DNA from: Nostoc sp. B(2019) | GTDB lineage: Bacteria > Cyanobacteriota > Cyanobacteriia > Cyanobacteriales > Nostocaceae | Length of the DNA: 64,000 nucleotides | NCBI GenBank assembly: GCA_010091925.1 | Contig: WVID01000006.1 | Strand: one strand, 5' to 3' | Part shown: positions 1 to 9,969 of the stretch, piece after piece | Numbering within the stretch: position 1 is the first letter of the stretch | Layout of the letters: every line of letters begins with the position of its first letter | Made by a program: the position numbers and the translations under genes | Notes under the pieces: model-generated | The model's database searches: none | What the model saw: the letters and a program-made list of their open reading frames with translations, nothing else | What the model was told of the DNA's origin: nothing

Positions 1-440
1 CCCCGTTCATAGCGCTGGATATGAATCTTTTTATCTCGCCAAACTGTAACTTCCACTACCTCAGAAAGGGCGTTAACAACAGAAATCCCAACCCCATGCA
101 ATCCACCAGAAACCTTGTAGCCACCGCCACCAAACTTACCCCCAGCATGGAGTACCGTCATCACCGTTTCTAAAGCCGATTTCCCTGTTCGCGAGTGAGT
201 ATCGATAGGAATACCGCGACCATCATCTGTTACAGATACGGAACCATCAGCGTTGATCTCCACCTCTATATGAGTGCAGTAACCCGCTAAAGCCTCATCG
301 ATTGAATTGTCCACCACCTCGTAAACTAAATGGTGGAGTCCTCGCGGCCCCGTAGTACCAATGTACATCCCTGGTCGTTTACGGACGGCTTCCAGACCTT
401 CCAGAACTTGAATCTGATCGGCACTGTAACTGCTCGTCAT
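1..440 (-). CDS. gyrB: DNA gyrase subunit B, N-terminal part (partial; continues beyond window start)
   Basis: The reverse strand from the ATG at 440..438 translates as [54 protein letters not shown]...[15 protein letters not shown]. These are the canonical GyrB/GHKL ATPase N-terminal motifs. The frame is open to the window edge. Confidence 0.9.
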   Translation of the reverse strand, partial: MTSSYSADQIQVLEGLEAVRKRPGMYIGTTGPRGLHHLVYEVVDNSIDEALAGYCTHIEVEINADGSVSVTDDGRGIPIDTHSRTGKSALETVMTVLHAGGKFGGGGYKVSGGLHGVGISVVNALSEVVEVTVWRDKKIHIQRYER

Positions 441-667
441 GAAAATTCTCCTGATGCGTGGGGTTGAACTCGCCAAAAGGCAAACAAAAGTCAAAACACT
501 CCAAAATTGTAACACAAAAGCCTTGGTGGCGACTGTAGGGCAATTTAAAGAGAAGTTTATCTGGGGGTTGCACTCTAGTGTAGAGATGGCTGGGGACTGG
601 GGACTGGGAATTGGGAGGCGTAGCCCATTGCGAATTAGTTTGACTCTTGACCCTTGACCCTTGACTA

Positions 668-1585
668 ATGACTAAATTGATTGTAATTTGTGGTGCAACA
701 GCAACAGGTAAGTCAAGGTTGGCTTTGGCTTTGGCTTTGCGGTTGGGTTCTGTCATTCTCAGTGCAGATTCTCGTCAAGTTTACCGTGAGTTTGATATTG
801 GTACGGCTAAACCAACTTTGGCTGAACAGAAATTAGTGCCGCACTACTTAATAGATATCTGCGATCCGATAAACATAATGACGGTAGCAGACTACCAGGA
901 ACAAGCACAAGCCTTAATTAATTTCCCCCCTCATCTTTCCCACTCTCCCCTTTTGTTGTTGGTTGGTGGCACAGGTTTGTACATACGTTCCATTGTTCAA
1001 GGGATGAAGATTCCTAGGGTTGCACCACAAACGGAATTGCGATCGCAACTCGAATCTTTAGGTCAACCTCAACTCTATGCGATGTTACAACAAGTTGATC
1101 CAGTTGCCACACAAAAAATTCATCCCCATGACTCAGTGCGGACTTTAAGAGCATTGGAGGTATATTATGTGACTGGAAATCCAATTTCGGAACAGCAAGG
1201 AGAAAATCCACCGAATTATCCGATATTGCAAATTGGCTTGGATTGCAATGTGCAAAACTTAGGCGATTATATTAAACACCGTACTGAGCAAATGATCGCA
1301 GACGGATTAGTAGCTGAAGTAGAGTATCTTTGTCAAAAATATGGCGCTGATTTGTCTTTGTTAAATACTTTAGGCTATCAAGAAATCAAGCAATATTTAG
1401 CTGGGGATAGTTCTTTGGATGAAGCGAAAGAATTAATAGTTTTACATACCAGACAATTTGCTAAACGACAACGCACTTGGTTTAGAGCATATCCGCAAAT
1501 TGAATGGTTTGATGCGGATGACCCTAATTTATTAGAGATAGTTTGGCAGCGGATAAATGAGTTTATTAGTTGCACAAGTTCGTGA
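668..1585 (+). CDS. miaA: tRNA dimethylallyltransferase
   Basis: 305 aa. It has an N-terminal P-loop ([10 protein letters not shown]) and MiaA-like motifs ([30 protein letters not shown]). Confidence 0.9.
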   Translation: MTKLIVICGATATGKSRLALALALRLGSVILSADSRQVYREFDIGTAKPTLAEQKLVPHYLIDICDPINIMTVADYQEQAQALINFPPHLSHSPLLLLVGGTGLYIRSIVQGMKIPRVAPQTELRSQLESLGQPQLYAMLQQVDPVATQKIHPHDSVRTLRALEVYYVTGNPISEQQGENPPNYPILQIGLDCNVQNLGDYIKHRTEQMIADGLVAEVEYLCQKYGADLSLLNTLGYQEIKQYLAGDSSLDEAKELIVLHTRQFAKRQRTWFRAYPQIEWFDADDPNLLEIVWQRINEFISCTSS

Positions 1586-1638
1586 AATTTTTTCGCTCAC
1601 GCAAAGACACAAAAACCTTGCGTCTTTACATGAGTATC

Positions 1639-2331
1639 CTAGAGTGTGTCAGGATCTACGCCCATTGCTCGGAGCCTTTCTGCTAGTAGTTGAGTGCGTT
1701 GTTCCGCTTGTTGAGCACGTTCATCTCCAGTCGGTAGAACATTTCCGTCCTGGTAGCACCAGCGTAACCAAACATCCTGTCTACCTTCAAATTCACCTTG
1801 CCATAAAGTTACACCTAAACCAACTTGTTCTAACCAAGTTTCTGAAGTTTCAAAATAACGCATTCCTCTCAATTCATAAACGCGTAGCACTTGTCCCAAT
1901 TGCTGAGTAGGGTCATATAAAATGTAATAACTAGCCCGCATGTGCTCATAAATTTTTAGTTTTTTTCCCAATTCATCACCTTCTTTGTTAGAGACAATTT
2001 CGATGACAACTTCTGGAGGTTTGCCAAAACGCCAAACCATATAACAACGATTTTGCTTCTCCCACCAATTTTGAGGTAATTGGACATCTAAGCTAAGAAA
2101 GACATCAGGTACAATGGGGGGTTGAAGGTCTGTATAGTAAACACCTACATTAGCTTCCGCTAAAAAAGTCTGTGGCTGTATAGAACTGTAAAGAGAACCA
2201 ACTAAGAGACGTTGTTGTTTGGCAGATGCGAAATTGTCCACAGGTGTATCATCTTCAGTGATTAACTGGTTGGCATCTGGCACATAGTAATCATCATCAT
2301 TGATTAGAAGTTGCTCAACCATGACTTTCAT
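1639..2331 (-). CDS. Uma2-family (DUF820) putative endonuclease
   Basis: 230 aa. The ORF matches the Uma2/DUF820 family that is highly expanded in cyanobacteria. It is convergent with miaA. Confidence 0.65.
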   Translation of the reverse strand: MKVMVEQLLINDDDYYVPDANQLITEDDTPVDNFASAKQQRLLVGSLYSSIQPQTFLAEANVGVYYTDLQPPIVPDVFLSLDVQLPQNWWEKQNRCYMVWRFGKPPEVVIEIVSNKEGDELGKKLKIYEHMRASYYILYDPTQQLGQVLRVYELRGMRYFETSETWLEQVGLGVTLWQGEFEGRQDVWLRWCYQDGNVLPTGDERAQQAEQRTQLLAERLRAMGVDPDTL

Positions 2332-2684
2332 CCGGTATTTAAAAGCGTTATTTATAGGTTAGTTGATTCTGCGTAGGAGGGTGCAAATAGAATAAGTCTT
2401 TAGACTGAGAAAACAAAGAGCTTTGTTAAGAGACATCGCACTTCCTTTAGACTGAATGCGTAGACACATAGACACCTGAAAGGCGGCTTCTCGTCAGACA
2501 TCGCCTTTACTCACCCTTGACTGCTATTCCTGCAACAATAGTAATCAAAGCCGTTCGACAAAGCTTGCAATCCGCCATGATAGAAGCAGCAGTTAGCACT
2601 CACTCAAGTGAGAACCGCTATATCTGAGGAAATAATTTCAATTTTAAGCAACCTATAAACATCTACCTTTAATTTGGAAAAAAT

Positions 2685-4157
2685 ATGCTTACCCAAGATA
2701 AAAAACAAATCAACTGGAAACCCATTATCAAAGCATTTGAGGCGGTACTTGGCAAAAATGGCGTGATACAACGTCGTGAGGAGCTTATTACTTATGAATG
2801 CGATGGTTTGACTGCCTATCGTCAACGTCCCGCGATGGTGGCGTTACCTAGAACTACAGAACAAGTTGCCGCTGTGGTGAAGATATGTAACCAATATTCT
2901 ATCCCCTTCATCGCACGCGGTTCTGGTACTGGTTTATCTGGTGGCGCTTTACCGTTGGAAAATTCTGTTTTGATTGTCACTTCATTAATGCGGCAAATCC
3001 TCAGTATAGATTTGGAAAATCAGAGAGCAGTCGTACAACCAGGGGTAATTAACAGTTGGGTAACACAAGCCGTCAGTGGTGCTGGATTTTACTATGCTCC
3101 CGATCCCTCTAGCCAAATTATCTGCTCTATTGGGGGCAACATTGCGGAAAACTCTGGTGGAGTGCATTGTTTGAAGTATGGTGTCACCACTAACCACGTT
3201 TTAGGATTAAAAATTGTCACACCTGAAGGAGAAATTATTGACTTGGGGGGACAAATCCCGGAAATGCCTGGTTATGATTTAACGGGTGTATTTGTCGGTT
3301 CTGAAGGCACTTTGGGTATTGCCACAGAAATTACCCTGCGAATTCTAAAAAGTGCAGAATCAATTTGTGTACTATTGGCAGATTTTACCAGCGTTGAAGC
3401 TGCTGGAGCCAGCGTTTCTGATATCATCAGTGCTGGGATTATTCCTGGTGGAATGGAAATGATGGATAACATCAGCATCAACGCGGTTGAAGATGTTGTA
3501 GCCACTAATTGTTATCCCCGCGATGCAACTGCCATCTTACTAGTAGAAATAGATGGTTTAGAAATTGAAGTAGCAGAAAATAAAAAGCGTATTACCAAAA
3601 TTTGTCAAGATAATGGTGCGCGTAACGTCACCACTGCTAATGACCCAGAAACCAGATTAAAATTGTGGAAAGGTCGCAAAGCTGCCTTTGCCGCCGCTGG
3701 ACATTTAAGTCCAGATTATTATGTTCAAGATGGTGTGATTCCTCGTACTCAATTGCCTTATGTTCTCCAAGAAATTGAGGCATTAAGTCAAAAGTATGGT
3801 TATCAAATTGCGAACGTATTTCACGCTGGCGATGGGAATCTCCACCCACTGATTCTTTTTGATAATTCTGTGCCTGGAGCATTAGAAAAAGTAGAAGAAG
3901 TTGGAGGAGAAATTCTTAAACTTTGTGTAAAAGTTGGTGGTAGTATTTCTGGTGAACATGGTATTGGTGCAGATAAAAAATGTTATATGCCAGATATGTT
4001 TAGTAAAGCTGATTTAGAAACTATGCAATGGGTGCGTCAAGTGTTTAATCCTCAAGGATTAGCAAATCCTGATAAGATATTCCCTACACCACGTACTTGT
4101 GGAGAAGCAGCAAACGCATCAAAGATCAAGCAATTTGAAGGAGTTGACAAATTTTAA
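2685..4157 (+). CDS. glcD: FAD-linked glycolate dehydrogenase/oxidase subunit GlcD
   Basis: 490 aa. It has an FAD-binding PCMH-type N-terminal region (ARGSGTGLSGGALP) followed by a GlcD-like C-terminal domain. Confidence 0.85.
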   Translation: MLTQDKKQINWKPIIKAFEAVLGKNGVIQRREELITYECDGLTAYRQRPAMVALPRTTEQVAAVVKICNQYSIPFIARGSGTGLSGGALPLENSVLIVTSLMRQILSIDLENQRAVVQPGVINSWVTQAVSGAGFYYAPDPSSQIICSIGGNIAENSGGVHCLKYGVTTNHVLGLKIVTPEGEIIDLGGQIPEMPGYDLTGVFVGSEGTLGIATEITLRILKSAESICVLLADFTSVEAAGASVSDIISAGIIPGGMEMMDNISINAVEDVVATNCYPRDATAILLVEIDGLEIEVAENKKRITKICQDNGARNVTTANDPETRLKLWKGRKAAFAAAGHLSPDYYVQDGVIPRTQLPYVLQEIEALSQKYGYQIANVFHAGDGNLHPLILFDNSVPGALEKVEEVGGEILKLCVKVGGSISGEHGIGADKKCYMPDMFSKADLETMQWVRQVFNPQGLANPDKIFPTPRTCGEAANASKIKQFEGVDKF

Positions 4158-4272
4158 TTTTTTACTAAGATGTGTAGGCTAACTTACAGGCTAAAAGTAG
4201 GTTTTTTGTCTAGCTTTTTTACATACAGCAGATTTCAGGTAAATGAACTACATAAATAAAACCCGAAACCCT

Positions 4273-4300
4273 GTAGAGACGTTACATATAACGTCTCTAC
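4273..4300. repeat. perfect 12-bp-stem palindrome GTAGAGACGTTA-CATA-TAACGTCTCTAC
   Basis: The palindrome was read directly from the sequence. A related copy lies at 44079..44107 and a half-copy near 4500. Confidence 0.8.
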
Positions 4301-4364
4301 GTATGATTCATGAAAATGCAAACTGCTGTAAGTAGGTAGGCACAAATAATTAGAAGATACCAGG

Positions 4365-4389
4365 GTGTGTTACGGAAGCCGTAACACAC
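4365..4389. repeat. perfect 11-bp-stem hairpin GTGTGTTACGG-AAG-CCGTAACACAC
   Basis: The hairpin was read directly from the sequence. It lies in the 540-bp glcD-downstream spacer. Confidence 0.8.
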
Positions 4390-4699
4390 GATAAACCAAA
4401 AACGGTGCGTTTGCTAACGCCGTAATTAACGTCATTTGCTACAACGAAGGGAACCCACCGAAGTTTGGATTGCAGGAAGCCTCTGCTGATAACTTTGAAA
4501 CGTCTCTACTACTGTTAGTAATCTTTGGAATTGGAAGAAGTGAACAGATTTTAATTCTGCATCAAAGTATAAAGGTATAAAGTCTCAATTAGGTCTTCTT
4601 GACCTGGCTGTAAAATCAGCATCCCTTTATATAATCCGGAGGGTTATAACTTTATTTTGTAGTTATATCTATTCCGATCGCACTAGGTCAAATTTACAG

Positions 4700-5938
4700 A
4701 TGAATCGGGTTGCTCGCCGTTGGTTTTATTACTTACTGTGTTTGGGATTAGTCGTCAGTTTAACAATATTTTCACTCTCTTCACCTCCTGTTTATTCGCA
4801 AAAAGTAACTGTAACTACAGAAATTCGCGGCGTTTGGCTCACTAATGTTGCGAGTGGGGTACTATTTGTACCCTGGGGTATTAACCGCGCTTTAAATCAA
4901 TTATCGGCACTCAACTTTAATACAGTTTATCCTGTAGTTTGGAATCGAGGACAGACTTTTTACAAAAGCGCTGTAGCCAAAAATTTTACAGGTTCAGATA
5001 TTCAACCTTTCCTCAAATTAATGCATGGTGGACGGGATACTTTAACAACACTGGTGAAACTTTCTAAAACTAAAGGTTTGAGTATTATCCCTTGGTTTGA
5101 ATACGGGTTGATGACGCCGCATAATTCACAATTGGCAAAGCGTTATCCTGACTGGTTGACAATTGGTCAAGAAGAGATAAATTCTATTCAAGATAACCTT
5201 CCAGAAGAAATAGACAACGGCTTGGTAACTAAGCAAGCTTGGCTGAATCCTCTACATCCAGAAGTTCAAAAGTTTATCCAAGCGCTAATTGTGGAAGTGG
5301 TCAAAAATTACGATGTAGATGGCATTCAACTTGATGATCATTTTGGAATGCCAGTACAGTTCGGCTATGATCCCTTCACTATTGATCTCTACCAGCAAGA
5401 ACATCAAGGTAAAAGTCCCCCAAGCAACCCTTTTAATTCAGAATGGATGCGTTGGCGAGCAGATAAAATTACTGATTTAATGGCAGAAATCTATCAAGCT
5501 GTAAAGGCTGTCAAACCTAATGCCAGGATATCTCTGTCTCCCAACTATCAAGCTTTTGCCTACAAATATTATTTGCAAGATTGGGAAAGTTGGGTAAAAA
5601 AAGGTTTAGTTAATGAGCTAATTTTACAAGTATATCGAAATGATCAAAGCAGTTTTATCGCTCAACTCAAGCAACCAGCAGTAGAATTTGCTCGTAGTCA
5701 AATTCCCGTAGGAATTGGTATATCAACAGGAACACCGCGTAATCCTGTACAAATTGCACAAATTAGAAAACAGGTTCAAGCAGTGCGCGATCGCAATTTT
5801 AACGGCGTCTCCTTTTTCTATTGGGAGAGTTTATGGGGTTACATTACACCTGAATCACCGCAACAGCGACGCAAAGTTTTTCTTAAAATGTTTGATGCCA
5901 AAGCTGTCAGACCTTCATTACCACTAGAGAGAGTTTGA
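4700..5938 (+). CDS. secreted family-10-like glycosyl hydrolase (GHL10-type) protein
   Basis: 412 aa. It has an N-terminal signal peptide (MNRVARRWFYYLLCLGLVVSLTIFS). The sequence resembles the cyanobacterial proteins commonly annotated as family 10 glycosylhydrolase. Confidence 0.55.
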   Translation: MNRVARRWFYYLLCLGLVVSLTIFSLSSPPVYSQKVTVTTEIRGVWLTNVASGVLFVPWGINRALNQLSALNFNTVYPVVWNRGQTFYKSAVAKNFTGSDIQPFLKLMHGGRDTLTTLVKLSKTKGLSIIPWFEYGLMTPHNSQLAKRYPDWLTIGQEEINSIQDNLPEEIDNGLVTKQAWLNPLHPEVQKFIQALIVEVVKNYDVDGIQLDDHFGMPVQFGYDPFTIDLYQQEHQGKSPPSNPFNSEWMRWRADKITDLMAEIYQAVKAVKPNARISLSPNYQAFAYKYYLQDWESWVKKGLVNELILQVYRNDQSSFIAQLKQPAVEFARSQIPVGIGISTGTPRNPVQIAQIRKQVQAVRDRNFNGVSFFYWESLWGYITPESPQQRRKVFLKMFDAKAVRPSLPLERV

Positions 5939-6507
5939 TGCCATTAGCGCCTGGAGATACAAGATTTAGCTTTGCATTGCTGTGGACTTTCGCTACTTTT
6001 GGTGGTTTTTTACTGAGTTTGTTGTTAATTGAAGTTGGCGAAAAGCCAGATATTGGAGTGGTAGAAGCTGCTATCGGTGGATTTGCGATCGCACTTCCTC
6101 AAGGCTGTCTGCTCAAACAACCTATTTTCTGTGTCAGGTGGGTTTTGTCAAGCCTTTTGGGCTGGGCTTTGATCACTGCTACTGGTATTGGTGGTATGGG
6201 ATGGGTTGTACCTAGCACTCAGCTTCTACCCCTGAGACTCCTGCATGGGGTAATTTATGGCACAATTGGCGGCTTTGGAATTGGATTAGCACAATGGTTA
6301 GCAATTCCCCAGCCATTTCCTTGGGCGTGGCGATGGATATTCGTCAGCTCAGCAAGTTGGGCGGTGGCTTTACCTCTAGGTTATTTTGTGGGGAGCGTTT
6401 TGCGTCACCTGACGCAGTTATTCTTAGGCGAAGTTATGGGATTAGCTATCACCTGGCTTGTGGTTGGTATCCTCACAGGAATTGATGCTCACAAATTGCG
6501 ATCGTGA
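5935..6507 (+). CDS. hypothetical polytopic membrane protein
   Basis: 190 aa and strongly hydrophobic, with about 5 predicted TM segments. Its ATG overlaps the stop of the upstream gene (ATGA), which suggests translational coupling. Confidence 0.5.
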   Translation: MMPLAPGDTRFSFALLWTFATFGGFLLSLLLIEVGEKPDIGVVEAAIGGFAIALPQGCLLKQPIFCVRWVLSSLLGWALITATGIGGMGWVVPSTQLLPLRLLHGVIYGTIGGFGIGLAQWLAIPQPFPWAWRWIFVSSASWAVALPLGYFVGSVLRHLTQLFLGEVMGLAITWLVVGILTGIDAHKLRS

Positions 6508-6887
6508 GTCATCCTGAAATAATTCTCACCAAACTGCTGCTCAATCCTCAGCACTTTTTGATCCGTATATTAATAATTATAAAATTTTATGAAGATAATG
6601 ATCGACTGCGTTTGGGTATATGCAACAATCTGAAGATATTATTAACAAAAAGTTTTTTCAGTAACTTTGCGCTAACCTGCAAATGTATTTTCGCCTTCAA
6701 ATAGCAGGATTTGTTAAGCTGACTCCTTTTAGCTTTCCTAGATTTCTGATAAGAAGTAGAGAAAGATCCAACTTTTAATGAGCAACGGCTGACAATTCTT
6801 TGCTTCAGGCGCTAAGGAGCATTTTCTACAAGCATAATTACATGTGAGCGCCTAGAAGAGTCAGTAATACCAGACAGGGACTCTCGC

Positions 6888-8750
6888 ATGACCATAAATC
6901 CAGCTGAATCAACTATAGAGTTGACACAACAATCATCACCTCAGATTCTTTTCGGCACAGAAGTAGCTGATCGGGATCAACTACTAGAAGCGATCGCCAC
7001 GCGGATTCACCAATCTGTAGAATTAGAGACAATTCTCCATCAGACAACAAAGGAAGTCAGGCAATTTCTAGAAAGCGATCGCGTACTAATTTATCGCCTA
7101 GAGTCTGATGGCAGTGGAGTAATTATTGCAGAATCAACGGTAGTTGCCACTGGTTCACTGTTGGGAAAAAACATTACTGATCCCTGCTTGATTGGCAAAT
7201 ATCGAGAACACTATAACCGGGGTTGCATTCAAGTCGTCGAGGATATCTATGCAGCCGGACTGCATCCTTGCCAAATAGACTTACTCGCCTCTTTACAGGT
7301 AAGAGCTAATCTGGTTGTGCCAATTTTCTTAGGGCAAAATGTCTGGGGGCTATTCATTGCTCAGCATTGTCGTGAAACACATCAATGGCAGCAAACAGAA
7401 ATTGACCTACTTAAGCAGCTAGCAACCCAAATTGGCATTGCTGTTCATCAGGCAGAACTTCATCAGCAAATTAAGGATTTCAAAGCACAGTTGGAGTTGC
7501 ACAAGCAGAAGCACATAGCTCAGTTGCAACAGGTGCAAAACTTTGAAGCCTTAGTGCGACGCATGACAGAACAAATCCGCGACAGTCTAGATGAAAGTCT
7601 GGTGTTGCACACAGTGACTCAGGAATTGGTGCAGTTACTAAACCTTGACCGTTGCCAAGTTGAACTCTACGACACTTGCCACACGCTGGTAACTGTTGCC
7701 TACGAATACACCACTACTCTACCTCAGTGCCAGGGATCAACTCGACAGATTGCAGACTCGCCTGAAGTCTATCAACCACTATTGCAAAAACAACCCTTGC
7801 AATTTTTGGAAATTATTCCCGGATGGCAACCAAAGCTAGTTGTGAGCGCACAGATGGCTTGCCCAATCTTCGATACTCAAGGGATTTTAGGGAATATTTG
7901 GCTGACAAGAGCAACACAAGAGGCGTTTGAGGAATTTGAAATTGGGTTAGTGCAACAGGTAGCAAATGAATGCGCGATCGCTATTCGCCAAGCCCAGCTT
8001 TACGAGAAAAATCAGGCCCAGGTGAGAGAATTAGAAAAACGCGATCGCCTCAAAAACGAATTTCTCAGAACCTTGTCCCAAGAACTACGAACACCAATAA
8101 CTAGCATCAGTCTCGCAGCCCAAACTCTCGAAAGTGTCCTCACACCTGAAGAAATCTCAGATATAGAGATAATTCCCCAACTCTTGCAAATTTTGCATAA
8201 CGAGTGCGGACGAGAAAGCAAGTTAATTAACGATCTGCTCACGCTCACATATCTAGAAGCCGAACCCGAACCCCCAACTTTGATAGCCATTGACTTACAA
8301 AGTTGGCTTCACCCCATTGTCGAATCATTTCGCGATCTGACAATCTGCCAGCGACAGCATTTAAACCTGACTGTTGAAACTGCACTCCCGCCTTTAGAGA
8401 CAGATATTACCGACTTAGAGCGAATTGTCAGCGAATTGTTAAACCATGCTTGCAAATACACCCCAGCAGAAGAATCAATCACGGTGTCTGCTTACCAGAC
8501 AGGGGAAACAGTAGAGCTTAGTATCAGTAATTCTGGAATAGAGATTACCACCGATGAACTTTCGCGTATTTTCGAGCCGTTCTATCACCTTTCTAAAAAT
8601 GATCCCTGGAAATATAGTGGTACTGGACTAGAACTAGCATTAGTGCAGAAAATGGTCAGACATTTAGGCGGCGCAATTGATGTAGAGAGTACAGCCGGTC
8701 AAACTACCTTCACTGTTAAATTCCCCAGAGCAATTTCACCTTCTATTTGA
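6888..8750 (+). CDS. GAF-domain sensor histidine kinase
   Basis: 620 aa. Two GAF-like regions are followed by a HisKA motif and a HATPase_c C-terminus (GTGLELALVQKMVRHLGG). Confidence 0.8.
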   Translation: MTINPAESTIELTQQSSPQILFGTEVADRDQLLEAIATRIHQSVELETILHQTTKEVRQFLESDRVLIYRLESDGSGVIIAESTVVATGSLLGKNITDPCLIGKYREHYNRGCIQVVEDIYAAGLHPCQIDLLASLQVRANLVVPIFLGQNVWGLFIAQHCRETHQWQQTEIDLLKQLATQIGIAVHQAELHQQIKDFKAQLELHKQKHIAQLQQVQNFEALVRRMTEQIRDSLDESLVLHTVTQELVQLLNLDRCQVELYDTCHTLVTVAYEYTTTLPQCQGSTRQIADSPEVYQPLLQKQPLQFLEIIPGWQPKLVVSAQMACPIFDTQGILGNIWLTRATQEAFEEFEIGLVQQVANECAIAIRQAQLYEKNQAQVRELEKRDRLKNEFLRTLSQELRTPITSISLAAQTLESVLTPEEISDIEIIPQLLQILHNECGRESKLINDLLTLTYLEAEPEPPTLIAIDLQSWLHPIVESFRDLTICQRQHLNLTVETALPPLETDITDLERIVSELLNHACKYTPAEESITVSAYQTGETVELSISNSGIEITTDELSRIFEPFYHLSKNDPWKYSGTGLELALVQKMVRHLGGAIDVESTAGQTTFTVKFPRAISPSI

Positions 8751-8822
8751 GTGGTTTACAGCTGATTGCTTACTCAATTACTAGCGAATACGCCAGAAAT
8801 GTGCTATGATCAGCTTTGGTGT

Positions 8823-8895
<73 letters not shown>

Positions 8896-9175
8896 TTTTT
8901 AAGTATTTTCAAAGCCTGTTGGTCAATAATTGGTAGTTTTGAGCCTAAAGCTTACATCTGCATAAATGCTATTTTAGGAACGCTAGCCGAAACCGTGTTT
9001 GTTTTCTAACATTCACTGTTCTCAGCTTGTGTAGACTGGCTTTATTCATATAATCGCGATTTCAGCCGTTTGGCTTATCTAGTCAACTAGAAATACTCAT
9101 TTTGTCAGTTTGTCTATTTATGCTATGTCTGGTAAATAAAATAAATAGCCTACATGGTCGGCTGTTATTCTACAC

Positions 9176-9454
9176 TTGACACAAAGCATTGTGAGTGCTA
9201 AACGTCTGCCAGAAACCATTGCCCATGTCAAAATTACCCGCCAATCTTGGCAACACGGCTTCCTTGAGGGCGAAGTGAGTGCAGGTGACTTTGAATGGCA
9301 TTTCCAATGGCATTTCCGCCGGGGAGAACTTTCTGTTAAGCCTTCCCAAGGCCGTGCCTTAATTAAAGAACCCCTCGGTCGCTTCTTGGAGAAACAAGAT
9401 TACCAGCTAGAGCCTGGAGGAGACTATGCTTTTACTATTCGGGCTGAGCTTTAG
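9176..9454 (+). CDS. hypothetical small protein
   Basis: 92 aa. Composition and codon use look plausible. The ORF abuts ruvX convergently. No family was recognised. Confidence 0.4.
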   Translation: MTQSIVSAKRLPETIAHVKITRQSWQHGFLEGEVSAGDFEWHFQWHFRRGELSVKPSQGRALIKEPLGRFLEKQDYQLEPGGDYAFTIRAEL

Positions 9455-9897
9455 CTATTAACTGATTCAGTTAGGCGATTTAAGTATCTTTCAATCAAGA
9501 GAATGGCAACAATGTCGTCTATTGGGCGTGGTGGCTGTCGCATACTCTGTGGCAATAGCTTTGTTAGTCCTTTAGGCGGGTACATTTGCCAATAGCGATC
9601 GCGTGCTTCTAAAGTTGTATAGCGCTCATCTACTAAAATAATATTCAGCGGTTCGGCTAATTCCTGAGACATTCGCTGTTTCCACTGCTTGGCTGTGGTT
9701 TGGTCGCCCATAACCATCAAGGAGATCGGAAACTTTTGACGCAGTGTCTCAATGGTAGCGATCGCTTCTTTTGCGAGTACAACTTGATGATAGTGGAGTT
9801 GCCGATCCAGTCCCATCACTGCTAAACCACACTTATCTCGACCTGGATCAAAGCCCAAGATGACTGGTTGTGTTGGCGAAAATTCCCGGAAAGTCAT
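9451..9897 (-). CDS. ruvX: Holliday-junction resolvase-like nuclease RuvX/YqgF
   Basis: 148 aa. It has the YqgF motifs ILGFDPGRDKCGLAV and DERYTTLEA. Confidence 0.8.
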   Translation of the reverse strand: MTFREFSPTQPVILGFDPGRDKCGLAVMGLDRQLHYHQVVLAKEAIATIETLRQKFPISLMVMGDQTTAKQWKQRMSQELAEPLNIILVDERYTTLEARDRYWQMYPPKGLTKLLPQSMRQPPRPIDDIVAILLIERYLNRLTESVNS

Positions 9898-9969
9898 ATA
9901 AAATTAGCTGAGATCCTAACTAATAATAGTGTGTAAACATTTTTAATATCACGCTGAATTTTTAATTCT

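Noticed and set aside
379-756. 125-aa minus-strand ORF and 72-aa plus-strand ORF (439..657) at the gyrB/miaA junction
   Set aside because: They overlap the true gyrB start and the heptamer array and are low-complexity. The gyrB frame explains the region.
1014-1575. Antisense ORFs inside miaA (1014..1211, 1378..1575) and the plus-strand ORF 1557..1910 opposite the Uma2 gene
   Set aside because: These are shadow ORFs on the opposite strand of well-supported genes, with no independent signals.
6504-6704. 66-aa AT-rich ORF downstream of the membrane-protein gene
   Set aside because: It is I/L/K/F-rich, in AT-rich promoter-like DNA upstream of the kinase gene, and has no RBS. It is likely spurious.
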